This document shows, one piece after another, positions 13,201 to 27,024 of a DNA stretch of 64,000 nt (position 1 is the stretch's first letter; every line of letters starts with the position of its first letter). A program made the translations under genes and the position numbers. The notes beneath the pieces were generated by a model, which had not been told where the DNA came from, made no database searches, and saw nothing but the letters and a program-made list of their open reading frames with translations. The stretch comes from Trichosphaerium sp. ATCC 40318 (Eukaryota > Protista > Tubulinea): assembly GCA_038496445.1 (NCBI GenBank), contig JALMLS010000612.1, positions 62,001 to 126,000 of the forward strand. Direction: 5' to 3'.

Positions 13201-14570
13201 ATTTATTTGTAAGACGTTTTGTCTTCAGGAAAAAAACATCACACGTGGCTTACCTGATAAAAAATGTGATAATTTCTTTCGCCTGTTCCTATTTTGACCA
13301 GACGAGACTTTTCGAGTAGATACGTTCTTAGATTAGCACCAATAATGTTCCCTTTACGATCAAATTGAACCTCTAACCACTTACCAAAACGACTAGAGTT
13401 ATCGTTCCTGCAAAAGAAAACCCGATTAACATTACAAACCTTCCGAAAAAAATACGAACCTCAAAGTCTGGGCGTTACCAAATGCCTCTAGTATTGGAGT
13501 GCTTTTAACTACCTTGTACTCTATCGATCTCTCTGATGTAGTACCCATTGCAGCAAAATAACGCAGCAAGAACTAGCGCATCCTTGTGAATACAAGGTGT
13601 CAAAACCAAAGAGGTACGTACTTTTGTTGTCTGTAATAGATAAAATTTAGTTCACAGAATAATTCGGAAAAAAACAGGACATTGTGACAGGTGTCATTCA
13701 AAATAGAACGCAATGTCACTTTTTTTTTTTTTTTGATAAGGTCGTACCTCCGTCTTACCTGCTCCAGACTCTCCTGAAACAAGTATGGACTGATTACTTC
13801 TCTCTGTTAACATGGAACGATAAGCTTGCTCAGCAAGAGAGTATACCTAACAAAGATGTTAAAGAGTCTCGAATAGGAATCGTCAAAATTCTGTTTGCTG
13901 TCTCGTACGTGTGGCTGTAGTTTATCGATTGGTTGTTGAGCATACCCACGCATGTATTCATCTTGATAAATAGGCAATTGCTACAATTTTGTGGGTTAAG
14001 AATTAACTGTAAAAAGTGATTTTTGTTTTTATTTTAAACGCGTGTAGTACCTGGTACGGGTTCAGTGCTATCAAAATAGTAGAAGAGAAGGTGTAAATCT
14101 GGTTTTGACGATACCGCTGCTCGAGATTGTGTAATACTGCTGGCTCATGCTGTAGATGTAGAGTGAGTAGCGTGGCAATTTGTAGTATTTGACGTACGAG
14201 CAAAGAAAGTACAGTAAGATCATCTGTACCTTCTAGTATCTTTGGATTACGCCCATAAAGGCTATCTACAGGTACATCTACATACTGTAGACAAAATTTT
14301 TTAGCGAAAAGTGTCAATTCTAGCTTAGTACTTCATCGTCTTCCGTTAGTATCGTTATTTTATCTACTTTACCATCTTTAAATACTACGGGATCCTCTAC
14401 AATTTTTGTAGTCAGTATTTTAAAGCATTTTGGCTTTATAAAGCAATAGTGCTGCGTGACATACCAACAACTGCGGCTGTAAATACTTCCTCAGGTTCGG
14501 GGTTATGTGCGTCTCCTGGGTACTTCTCGACAAGCCAAACGCGTGCCCCTTTAACAAATGGTTCTGACAT
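7227..14570 (-). CDS. Class V/XI-like myosin (motor, IQ motifs, coiled coil, DIL cargo domain), many exons
   Basis: [25 protein letters not shown]-loop, [57 protein letters not shown]; IQ repeats ([12 protein letters not shown]); DIL-like [16 protein letters not shown]; start [12 protein letters not shown]. Confidence 0.93.
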
Positions 14571-14964
14571 TTACCTTTAAAATGCTACCATTTGCTCCCG
14601 AGATGCGTTTGTGATGATTTTAAAGGCGTGCACTATCAATTCACATTACCAGCGTCACAAACCCTTTTTATCATTACGGTATGACGCCATTTCATGATGT
14701 TTTACGCGCCAATGGCTGTACAAATAATGTACTGTCGTTTCACCTGTATTTGTCATATCGCGCGTATTGCGATCAGTAAATGATATCTGAGCGTAAAGAG
14801 TAACCCTTATGCAATATCAACAAGCACTCGGAGTTTATTTTGCGTCACAAAAGTCTATGCATGTCACAAAATACCTTATCACGCGTAAAGAGTTGGTGTT
14901 ATTGCTACACTTGTTATAAAGTACTTTATATTAAGATAGGGAAAAACTAATAGCGCCAGGCAAT

Positions 14965-17008
14965 ATGCGCGTACGTAACGTCGTTGCCGCACAAAGCCGA
15001 AAAATAGGTATGATGGCGCTTAAAATATGAATGTACGCAGTTAAAAAACACAATCAGGCAATACTGCCCACAAAACACCAAATCGCCACTGGAATGACGT
15101 AAGAAACCAAAGATATTTTTTTGATAACCATTTGGCGCCTAAACTGAATATTCAAACAACGAATGACTGGTATGGTGTTTCTAACTTGGACGTTAAACGA
15201 AATGGTGGTAGAGGCATTTTATTCAAGTAAGGAGCAATGACAAAGCAAAACGATTCTCAAAAAAAGCAAAAAAACGTTTGACTTTTTGTGGATGTTTGAC
15301 GAAATAACTAAGTGTCTTGTTATCTTTTAGGCACAGTGACTCCATATTAGTGGCTCTGAGAACCATTTATCCAGAAACAGAGTGGTCTGAATTGCAATTA
15401 AAGCACGTGCGGTGAAATAATAAAGATTTGCAAATAACAGGATTTTTTTTAAGTCGAGTGCCAAAGAGTTACTTGGATAACGTTGCAACACTAAAACAAT
15501 TGATGGAATCTATAGGTTCTAAAATTGGTATCCAGTCCATGGAGCACTGGTACAATGTCACACTCGAAGACATTGTGCGTCATGGCGGAGGAAGAATAGT
15601 AGAGAGGTACTTTAAACAAAAAAGTCCTCAACAGGCACTTTCTTACATGCTCTAGGTATGACAAGTCTATATCTCGTGCCCTCAAATCTATCTTCCCCGA
15701 GATAAAGTGGATCGAATGGAAATTTAAGTATGTAATAACTTTGTCTGGCACCAGCTCATAAGATTCTTATTTATTTCTAGGCATGCGCCTTTGGGGTATT
15801 GGCAAAACATGGAAAATCAGCGTAATAAGATGGACTTTGCGAGCCAAGAGCTCAATTACAAGACAGTTGATGACTGGGAAAGGGTAAATCGCAGGTCTTT
15901 AATAAAGCACGTTGGTCTTGGCCTTTTAAATGAGTATGTTGGCATCCTTCAGACAATGTTCTAATAGTTTCTTGAGATACAACAATTCAGGTTCCAAAGC
16001 GCTAAGAGCTATCTATCCTGCACACTCATGGGATCACATACGATCGAGGTACCTGTGATACATCATTTAACGATCTAACTATCAGTAGGAGAAGCTCAGG
16101 GCACTGGCAAACCAAACAAAATGTTATTAATTTCCTGCAAAGTATGAGAAAAAAACGAGCTTTGAAACTAAAGTGTTTAGATACTGAAAGGTTGTTGGGT
16201 ATAAAGAATCCTAATGAATGGTATCGTGTATCTAAAAAACAACTTATGAAACTTGGTGGTTCAGGTGTACTTAACGGACAGTTCCCACAATGCCTACGTT
16301 ACGTGTATCCAACACAAAACTGGAAAATGGAGCAGTTCAGCAAACGAGAAAAGCGATCATACCAAAGGTATTGTTAATGCCACTACAATCTTATTAAGAT
16401 TATAAGGATTCTCTTCATTCTTTCTGCACGTGCCTTAACGCCGTTTGAAGTACTTGAAGACGCTAATATTGCTGAACGAATTGGTTCAGTTCTGCCTGTA
16501 ATTGTTGACGTCTTTGTACCAGCACTCAGCCTTGCACTCGAATATCAAGGTACGTCACTATCTCCACTTACAAATGAGTTGATTACACATATTTATTAAT
16601 CTATTAGGAGAGCATCATTACCATGATAACATAGCGTTATATGGGTCTGCGAGCTTCCAAAAATCTCGAGATGACGTCAAACATCAAATGTGTAAATCGG
16701 CTGGTAACAAACTTTGTTTTTTTGCTTTAACACCACGTCAATTTATTAAAAAGATACCTGTAGGTATTTCCCTTATAAAAATACCTTACTGGTGGGACTT
16801 CAAGATTAACAGTCTGAAAGCTACAATCACCTATTTCAGGTAATTCCTTTTGTTTGTTTTTTGCACTTTTTTCTTGATTTTTCTTTGTGTTTGTTTTGCC
16901 TGTTACTCAAACAACATTTGCAGGCCGGATATATTGCTCACTATGTCAAAAAAATCAAGGCCTGTTATAGAACCTAGTCTTGCTCAACGTAAAGGATACT
17001 TTAAGTGA
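14965..17008 (+). CDS. Tandem ~60-aa W-rich repeat protein with C-terminal PD-(D/E)XK (Vsr/RAP-like) nuclease-fold domain
   Basis: Four repeats of pattern W..N.R.F....L.I....DWY.V....GG.G.L...L..IYP...W; C-terminus DVFVPALSLALEYQGEHHY...RDDVKHQMCKSAGISLIKIPYWWD; basic N-terminus MRVRNVVAAQSRK. Confidence 0.75.
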
Positions 17009-17619
17009 TGAATAACAAGTGCTACATCTAAGAGGTTCAACACCGAATTGTAAACCTACGATCGATTCTCATTGTGAAATCACACTGTGCTAAACATGTG
17101 AAAAGCATCAGGCAAATGGGACAGGATGAGTGGTCCCCCAAGGTCAAAAAAAAACTAGCTTCGCTAATGAGACACTCCTTAATCCAATTAAAAGGCTCAC
17201 TGTTTCTACACGCTGTGTAGTTCAAAAAAAGACCTGGAGCAAGTAAATCAAATAAACACAGTTTTTAAGTGACTGACCTCTAACTAATGTGATTAAACAG
17301 TTTTGTTGATTAATAGTAGCACATCACTTGCAAGTTACTTAATTAACAAATTCAAATATATTGAAGTAAACTAACGTTGACTATAGCTAAAGAAATCAAA
17401 CTAAACAATTATTCGATTTTGTATTGAAACACATGTGAATTGGAAGAATTTATGAAGAAACTTGAACATGACATAGAACACGCTAATAGCTCAGTTAACA
17501 CTAAGTATGTTGTACCTCTTTTGAATGCACTTAATACTTCTTTCATAAACTACGTTCTAGACATAGACATGATTCAAAGGTACTGCTTTATCCACATATT
17601 GAAATACATAAACAAATTA

Positions 17620-18809
17620 TCAAAAGATTGGCGAATAATTATAAAGTAAAGCTAGCAAACTTGTGAGCACTCTTCCTGCCTTCAGAAACATAAAGTTTGA
17701 AATCATGGCTTTTATGGCGTCACCAGTATGTGGAATATTTTCATCGGTATTCAAACATTTTTTCGGCATGCCATTGAAGACATATACTGGATAATTGGAA
17801 GCAAGGTCAGTTCACTGTACACATGATAGATGATTAAATAGTTGTACAAAACTACTTGAATCATGACTCACGATAGAACACGCAAATTGCTTTTCTACAA
17901 TCAACACTAAGTTCTTGATTTCTTGAAGTGATTACCTTTTTTTTGAGAAGCCACGGTCATGATGATTTAGAGTTACAGCTTGAGAAGATAGAATATTCCT
18001 AATATTTTGGTCTGCACCCGCCATATACCGAGATTTGAGGCCATAAGATGTAAAGTTGAGTGGAAGCGGGCCATCCATTTTGAAGTATCCCATAGCTTTT
18101 GGATCCTACGCTTTGTTAATACTCCTTACGCCTTTTGACATCAATCCAAATCACACCTCACTAACAACAGCTCCAAATAACTCCAGGCCTAGACAATGTC
18201 CAATAATAACAAAGTAACCTCCATTGTCCACATCCTAATAGCTCGTGAGGTAGTATCATTTCAAAAGCAATATTATTGCACAATGTCATACCTCTTTCAT
18301 CCATGATAGAAATAATTTTCCAACTCTGTACAGGTCTGATGACGGAGACAATGATGCGGCACCACCAGGGAAAAATACCTGTTCAACAGACAACATGTCA
18401 AGAAAATGTCGTAAACATTTCGGAATAATAATAAAACAAGGTTGCTTACACCGCTAAGGGCCTCAAAATAGTATCGAAGTTCTTCAGTAGATGCTGTAGA
18501 GCTTTAGTGCGTTAAGAAGCAAGAAAACGGAATTTGCAATTCAAAACGTCATGCTGGATACAGTATTGGTACTGTGCGAGCCCCAGATGCTTCTAGAAAC
18601 TGAAAAGAACGTATTAAGATCAGTTGGAATAAAGGTAGACGTACTTTTGGGTACGAAGCCGGGAAATACTGACCTCGCTTCGACTCTTGCGTAACAACCC
18701 CAAAAATTGGACTATCATTAAGTGCATATACTAAAATCGATTAAATAAGCAATCGTGCAACGACTGCACCTGCAACCACAAGTAATACGCCAAGGGCTGC
18801 CTTGGACAT
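17620..18809 (-). pseudogene. GGH: Gamma-glutamyl hydrolase (peptidase C26); 3' part frameshifted (pseudogene or consensus error)
   Basis: Signal peptide MSKAALGVLLVVA; PIFGVVTQ, FLEASGARTVPI, FFPGG, nucleophile GHCLGLE, NHHDRG; downstream YPVY / LQWHAEK / NIPHT / VSEGRKSAHKF / YNYSPIF are split among different frames. Confidence 0.7.
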
Positions 18810-19331
18810 GTTTAGAATATTTAAGAGACATTGACCGGAGGAATACTGTTCTGGGTTTTGCTCCCGCATGGCACTACAGACACTTTAAGAATAAATCAGT
18901 CTTTGGTTTGACGAGTGCAATGTTGTTTACACCAAGCATCCTAAAGCCAACTGTTAACAACGCTGAAGAACATAAGATACCTGCCTAGTAGTTTCCTGCT
19001 CATTTATGTGACATCTGACCTCTTGTTTGCTGTACATCAAAGCCTTGAACTACCTCGCAGGCCTTTGTTTTGTAAAACGACAAATTATCTTTGCGTCAAG
19101 TGTACTTAGCTAAAATGAGTACTATAGACTTGTTGAAGTATTGGCGGTTCAAACATGTTTCATGAAACGCCACCTTCCTTTATAAGTCTTACAAAGAAAC
19201 ATGAATAAACCCTTGTGGAGAGAGAAATTTATGTTTCAATAGTGATTTTATTCTTATTCACAGTTTAGTTTGAACTATTGGTGAAAAAGGGAACAGTATT
19301 TTTTCATACGAAAAAAAACAAGCTTTTACCC

Positions 19332-22300
19332 TTATACACCACCATAGTCCATCTGAAGTTGTATACTTGTAGAAAGCTGTCTTAGGACTTGTTCTGGGTC
19401 AGGGCCCTTGTTTATGATTGAGCACACTTCCAAGTACTACAACCACGCATTAGACAACATTAAAAATACTGCCAAAAAAAGTTAAAAGGTTACCTCTAGT
19501 CCCTTTTCTAGTGCCCATTTACGTGCAAAGCCAGAGTTAAAATTGCTATGTTTGCCTCCTGCTTGATCGGACTTTAGTCCTACAATGATAACCTTGAGAT
19601 TTGTTTGTCCAAAGTTATCAGCATCTAAATACCACTGTCTTGCAGCTAAAAAAACAATTAACAACTAAAAATAAAAACAAAACTTTCTTTTCATTTGAGG
19701 CAAAGAAGAAGCTCTGTACCTTGAAATGACAGTTTATCACTAACATCAAAGCATATCACAGCACCTAATAAGTACTTGGATGCATGAACAAAAGGATGCT
19801 TGTCACTACAACAGTTATACACAGCATACAATCCGGTACAAAAAAAGTAGGTAAAAATAAAGAACAAATGTACCTGTCATAAGCAGGGTCTCCACCTCCT
19901 GCTCTCACCCTAAGTCAAGGTTGTTATGTAATCACCTAAGTTGATGGCCACTCTTGTTACATAGCGTACCGTTGTAATGCTTTTAATTCGAGTTTGACGC
20001 TTCTTTTCTTTTTACCGATTTTGCTTAAAATTACACTCGCCCATTCAGGCGTAATTTGAAATTTCTACGCGTGGTAAGCGATATTCTGATTAATAACAGT
20101 TTTTAAGGGCAGTTGAACAAAGTTATGAATTTCTTCCTTTCCGCATCATCACGTACCGGTTTTTCTTCATAGGCGCCGTAAACAGGTGTAACGTACCTAT
20201 TGAGTTGAATTGACATTTGTACCAAAGGAAACAATATTTGAACGGTTACCAACGTACTTGGAGTACTCAAAGTACTTTTTTTTGTTCGCAGAGCTTATAT
20301 CTTTGGATTTAAAGCACAATTTGTTAATGAAAGTGCTCTTACCTTTAAATTGTTACTGCAAGGCCTCTAATAAATAATACACGCTGCGAGAGCGTATTAT
20401 GGCCATTTCTAGATTTAACGACATACCTACTCCCGGTGCACCAGTAACGTATATTCTGTACTTGTAGTCGTATGACATTACGAAGGGATAAGTTTTAACG
20501 CGTAGTAAACGACTTGCGTTGAACTAGCGGTTTTTTTGTCAATTGTTCATTTTTTATTGTGACATTCATGAAACACGTAAGACCTTCGGAACTTTAGATT
20601 TGAACATAAACAACCCTTTTTGGGGATTTATTAAAAATACATATAGAGGTAGAGCCAAGCCATACTACTTACTGGTTGAAGGTAACACGTGCTTTGTTCA
20701 CTAATTGAAACCTCATATTTTTTTACAGAATTTCAACATTGTGTGCTATGTTCTCCAGAGCTGATACCTTGGTGCTATCAAGCTGATTCATTATCACATC
20801 TAATTCAGTGGTCCATTCACCAAACTCTCTGTGATTTACAGCCTTGAATATGTATTTACCACTCTTCCCTGATGATTCACGTGATTGGCTTAAAGAAACA
20901 AGTTGGAATTCATGTTTTTCCAAATGTTGAATGCCCATCATTAAAGAATCAACTTGAAGATACAGTATAGGGCTACCAAACTAATAAAAGTGTAAAAAAC
21001 AACAATAAGGCTAAACCGCACTTTTTTTAGGTGACCCACAAAAAAATGTACAAGAAAAATAAAGTTGATAAAAGAGCTTTACCTGGTGTGCATGTGTTGC
21101 TTTTAGGAAACCGAATAAAGCGTTATTCTTTAGTTGAAAGTATAACAGACGCTTTGTGTGACTATCACTTGTTGTTAACTCTAGATAACCTGATACTGAA
21201 GGTTTAAAGAAGAACTCTGGCATCATAAATGTGCTCGCCTACAAAATCCGTTAACAAACTCTCATTGATTATTTGGTTCGTACTTTTTGTGCTTCTTCTA
21301 GAGCTTCTTTTTGTTTCTTGATTGCAGAAAGCCATCTATTTTTCTCAGATACAGTATTAGCAGTAAATAACAAGCTATCTTCCATTGGATTAACCCACAT
21401 TTGAATAGTGTTAACAACGCCTAAAAGAAAAATAAGATAAACAACTCATTTGCATCCAATAACGTGGATGTTAACTGGAATAGGGTGGCTATATTAGTGC
21501 GTACCCATTTCAGGAGCATCTGGGATGTCATGAAGAACAACGTCTTTTAAGTGAAAAGTGGCATGCACGTTTAGAGCATAAGAGTTTTCTCCTTCGGTCT
21601 CATGTTTTTTCATTAAATGGCTACGCTTCTTCGAGGTATCATGATGATCATTATCAATAGTAATAACAAGCATTGTAGATAACAGATGACAAGTATAATT
21701 CGCTTGTTGAACTGTCCCATGTTGTGATGACAACCCTTGTAGGGTACCGTCCATGATCCATTCTTCTTTAAAATCATCCAAATTCTAACGATAATGAGAC
21801 AACAATTGGTTTGTTGTTTTCGAAATCACGTGGTAAAGAAAAAATTCTTTGATGTAAGGGTGTAACGTACCAAAAAGCTAAGATCCACTTTTCTTGTAAG
21901 TTCCATAGCCTTACTATGCGCTTGTGATGAGTTGTATGCCTTTTTCCCTTTTTTGATAAAATTTTTGATTTCTTCAATTGTTTCTTTTACAAGCTCGCTT
22001 TCTTCAACATCTTCATGTGGTATCTTTCTAAGAAGCTCCTACATGATATAATTAACGTTTCAGACTCTTTATTTATATCGCTTTTTTTTTGTACCTCATG
22101 AAGGTCAATCAGCGTCTCTCCGTGCTTGTACTTTAGGAAGTTAGTATTTTAATCATCGAAAAATCGTACTATTTTCTTAAGTAGTGCCTCCAAGCTATAA
22201 TCAACCTCTTCGAGTTCGGTACGTAAGATAATAGCAGTGTCACGTTCAAAGTCAGAAACTGACTAGATGTTTATGTTAGGATACAAAAGTTATCGGTGGT

Positions 22301-25300
22301 TTTTTCAATCCAAAAGAGTAAAAAAAGGTGACTGTTCTCTTTTAGCACGTACGTCTAGGAACTGGTCCAATTCCTTTTTTTTATGTCTTGTCTTTTCTAT
22401 AAGTTCATATGCTATTTCAGCATTTGCAGGATCAAGAAACTGACCGTAGCACTGTAAATATCTTGCCTATAAACAAAAAATCAGCAAAAAAAAAAAAGCA
22501 AATTTGAACCCTTTAAAAGTACTTGCATTACGCTTATAAACATCAGCTACAGTTTTTACAAAATTATATCGTAGAACATGGTCTTCTAGTCTTGCCAAAT
22601 GTCCATATGTTTTTCTATACATATCGATAACTTTACCAAAAATAGTATCCAAAGCTTCAGAAGAGAAGTATTTACTCTTTTTCAATGGCATTAGGTATCC
22701 CTTTTGGTAAAAACATGAGCGACATTGGCTATTCTCATCTTATTTAGTAGACGTACCTTTACAAGAACACCAAGGTTATTCAAGTTTTCGCGTTCATACA
22801 AGAGAATCTAAAGTTAAAGTTTAGCAAACAAAAAAAATTGCAACGTTTCCAAAAACCCAACAAGGTTGCTCCTATCCTCTGTTTGTGTTCATTCTTACCT
22901 CTTTATTTGCTACATAAAGACTTGCTTCTTCCTCTAAACGAGATTTTTGTTCTGGTTCTTGTATCCCGCGCTCAACACCATCTATAAAAGAATTAAAACG
23001 AAGACCATCAAAGAAAGAGTTCAGCTTACGTTCGACTTGACCAGGTATCCAACCTCCTTCTCCTGCTAATACGGTAATATCGGCTTCTTCTGATACTCTG
23101 CGCTTTGCATTACCGTTACTTTGCAAAGGTTTAAGATCTTCAATAAGTTCTACAATCTTGCGAACATTTTTAGCTTTCGCAAGTTCATAGCAAGTTTTAG
23201 CAACTCTGTCTTCAAACTACAAAATATCAGTCAGCATTTAAATTTTGTGACAGTTTTTTTAAGTCACGTACAGTGAACTCTTTATATGGGTCTGCTCCTG
23301 ACTCCAATAGTTTCTTTACAGCCACAACATTTTGATTTGAAATAGCGTAAAACAAAGGCGTTGCAGCTTGACTTAAAAAAAACACGTGTTAGGATTATAC
23401 GTTTTGTGGAGTTTTTTTCTCACCTCGTGATGGCATTGATATCCACACCGTTCATAAGGAACAGGTCCAATAAAAACCCATAGCTCTGTAAAGCAAGTAG
23501 ATGTATTGGTGCCTCTATTACAGTGGTTGTAAGTGCGTTTATATCCATTTTGTGAACGACTAACAACTTCCGGAACAACTTATGACAGTTAGCATAGGTT
23601 CTCGTAAGGATTTTGTTGCCGTACTCTCAAGTAAGATATGTATTTGCTCATGTGTAGTTTATCCGCACTGGCAAGGTAATGCATTATTGTCATGCTATTT
23701 GTGAGTACGTTCTTATTTGGCGAAGCACCAGCAGCAAGAAGCATGAGGCAGGCTTCGAAGTTCTATCCAAAACTTAGATGAAAAACACAATAAAAAAAAT
23801 AATAGTACTTGGTGCTTCGCAGCCAATAGCAGTGGCGTAAGACCTTCGATATCTGATTGCCTTTGGTTTAAATCTGATCTCTTTTTGCATTTAATTGTGA
23901 GCTTCAGTTTCTCTGTTGAACCACTTATGCATTCTTTCTCAAGCAAAGGATCAACTCCAGTAGGCTTACAGAATCTTTAGTACAAGAAGAGAAAACACAT
24001 CTTCTTACGCTTGCAGAAGTCCAGCTTGACCTCATTGCACTCGAGTTAATAATGGTTGATTCTGGTCTTGCTTTTTTGTATTTTTTTGGGATATCTATGG
24101 AATTTGTTGGAGACACGCTCATACTCAACCGCTGTTTTTTTTTCTGCAACACAAAAAATTAGAAAAAAATAAAATGAACTATTCTAGGCTTACAACAGAC
24201 GCTGACCGCCTTGTTTTCGTTGAGCTGAAAAACTCTTTTGACCTGGGCGATACTCTTTCTGTTTTACTCCTTTGTCGCACTAAATGGGTTTGGTACTTGC
24301 ATAACCGAGGTGAATGGGTCCTTTAAGAAACGTACTGTGAGATGAGGTTGAGAAATACTCTCCAGACCCACTGCTACTCTGTGAAAGTCTGTTCTTAAAG
24401 TACAGTTCCAAATCTTCATCTCGGCTTGCATTCGATACATTATGAAGTAATTTAATATGACTTTGAACCTAGCAGAAGCAGTGAGGATTTTGTGTTCAAC
24501 AAATAAATACTGTGTGAACGGGAAAAAAAAAAAAAGGAACTAAATACTTTTTTTCGAGCACGTGACGTACAGCGCTCAAGTTGTTTTGTTCTATTAGATC
24601 ATCGACTGCAAACACTTCATAGTCAAACATATGTAATCTGTCCTTACAGAAAAGAATATACTTGCTCACGTTATCAGCTGCAACGTCTGAGGTTTCAATT
24701 CTCGCGTTTGGTATCAGTGTGTTTATCAAACTAGTGTTTTTAGTAGGTAAGGATAAAATATGGTAAGAATATTCGGTACATACTCGCATAGAAGTCTACC
24801 ATCACCCAATAATTCGATTGTACTTTTAGACTTCAAGCATCTCTAAATTTCACGTTAAAATTTCTCACGGTTTATTTTATGTTGCTGCTATTGGCGTGCC
24901 TCCAAGTGGTCGGGAAGTAATTGCTGAATCCAGTATAAAAGATCTTTTTCAAGTGCACTCTCTTGGCCTACTGCAGGAGTACTCTGTCACGTGATTTTAG
25001 TAAAAATAAACGTATAAAGTTGAATTAAATCGATTTAAAAATGTACATCTGTGATCGTTGGGCTACGAGATTTATTCTTCTTCCAAACATCATCATTATC
25101 ATGGAACCGCTTCTGACTTCCAACAGCATCAATAACCTGTAGTTTTAAATCAAAAGAAGAAGTATACCAAAAAAAAGAGTGCAAAGCACGTTTTTCACAT
25201 GAAAAAACGAACTGAACGCTATCCTGCTTCAAAAAAGAAAACACTGCAAAAAAACAGACGTTCAATTGGTTTTACAAAAAAGGCACTTACTTTTCTCTCA

Positions 25301-25879
25301 AAAAGCTGTTGCATCAAACTACATGCTTCTCCTCTACTAATAGTACCATAATGGCTTGTTATTTTATCCAACGCCGCACTACCTTACGGAGAATATTTTA
25401 GCGTGCTAGTACATCAAAACATGAAAAGGAACCTGTGAAGCTGTGTGGTATAGGTTTAAACCCTTTTCGGTGTGTCTTCAACTCTAAATTCCGATGCTCA
25501 AATAAGAACTGCTCTAGCACGTGACAATCAGGTGGTTCGACCTATTTATCACGTGTTAACGATCGTTTGTTTTTAACAATAATATTTTCTTTTAAGAGTG
25601 TACTGGATTTTCATGGAGAGGTTCTAATGTTCCTCCACGTGCTGATTTAGAATCATTATGCCATTTCTAACGTTATTTGGTGTTTGCCGCACATTTATTT
25701 TAAACAAGGATAAAAAGCCATACCTCTGAGCCACTGTTACTTATCCTTCTTTTAACCTTACGTGATTTTCTTAGCTTCTTCCTTATAGATGCTTTTACAC
25801 CCTTGCTCTTTGTCTTAAACGATCGTAAATACGTTTCCGGTATCAAATAACGTACATGAGAGTGCTCAGGGGTGCTCAT
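19332..25879 (-). CDS. Multidomain protein: calponin-homology + ankyrin repeats + degenerate DH (RhoGEF) + 2 PH + C-terminal atypical Ras/Rab-like GTPase domain
   Basis: CH: LGDGRLLCE-LINTLIP...NVSKY..F..DDL; ANK: GLTPLLLAAKH, ATPLFYAI; DH-like GYLMPLK...TIFG; PH C-terminal helices EKNRWLSAI and EFGEWTTEL; P-loop GAPGVGKS, GAVICFDV, IVGLKSD, YLEVCS; 5' exons (MSTPEH...) tentative. Confidence 0.75.
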
Positions 25880-26183
25880 GAGGTATTTTCTTCTTCTAGA
25901 ATCACAATAAACTGAAGTAACATAGTTTGGTTTCTTTGAAAACAAAAGGAACGGACCAAACCGAGTTTTACATCCCACTTTACGAACAGGATTTGGCTAA
26001 ATCCTTAGTACTTCAGAAACCATTACACGCAAAACAAAGCAGTGGAAACGAAAGTCCGGGTTTTCGCCAAGTTTCAAAGACTACAGAGTATTGCGGAACT
26101 ATTCATTTTTTCTTTTTGTTTACAATGTTCAAATATCAACAAAGGGTTGTGTTGAGTGTACTCTTCATAGGAACTGGATGTTA

Positions 26184-26938
26184 TTAATAAATATGAGGGT
26201 TCAAGGGATCAAAACGAGGTGCTCTCCGGGTCGTATTCTTGATCAAGATGCTCCTCTCTATCATTCTAAATAACCAGTTGGATTTGCCGAAAAAATATTT
26301 GGGTTTGTTGTAAAACAAGCACTTTTTGTCAATGGCTTACCTTAGCTTTTGAAAAAGCGTTATTAAAGACACAAACAACATCCGTGAGCTGCTTCTTGCA
26401 TACTCCATAAAGCTTTTTCTATGTACTGGATCGGCTGATGTAAAACTGCCTGTGGTGGATTCAAGGCGTGCCTTACGTGTTGATTAGCGTGCATACACTG
26501 CTATGGTTGTATTATTACGTGATGGCTTATCTGGAGAGAAAAGTATTCCAGTTGGGATTCTGCGACTTCCATGTCGCTGAGTGTTGCCTTAGGTAGGGCC
26601 TGTTGATTGCGTATACGCTCTTGGACTTTCAGGATGATGGCTTGTTGTAGCACTGGCGCGTTTTAGTAAAAACGTTCTCGGACGTTATGTTTACCTCTTA
26701 TGGTATTGATGGTATTAGGTAGCAGTGCATTAGTCGTTACGAAGCTGACTTGCTTTGATACAGTCCTGCAGTAGCGTTATTGACGTATTTATACTTAAAC
26801 ATACCTAAGACTCCTCCATGGGCGTGGTATTAACGAAGCCGTTATCTTCTGCGTTGAAGTTCTAGCAACCGAGGGTAAATACGAGAATATAATTCGTGTG
26901 ACATCTAAAGGAAGGTTGGAGAAGTAATCAGCTTGCAT
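26184..26938 (-). CDS. Small F-box-like protein
   Basis: N-terminal YFSNLPLDVTRIIFSYL matches the F-box LP.E....IFSYL pattern; about 5 short exons. Confidence 0.55.
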
Positions 26939-27024
26939 CGTTGGGCGGTTGTGGCGACTGACAGCGACTCTGACAGAAATTTCGTGTTAAGTCAACAATT
27001 GAAGTCACTACGCTCTCAAGTGAC

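Noticed and set aside
18860-19165. Short minus-strand exon-like segments between GGH and the GTPase-fusion gene
   Set aside because: GGH has its own signal-peptide start at 18809 and these segments could not be joined into a credible ORF.
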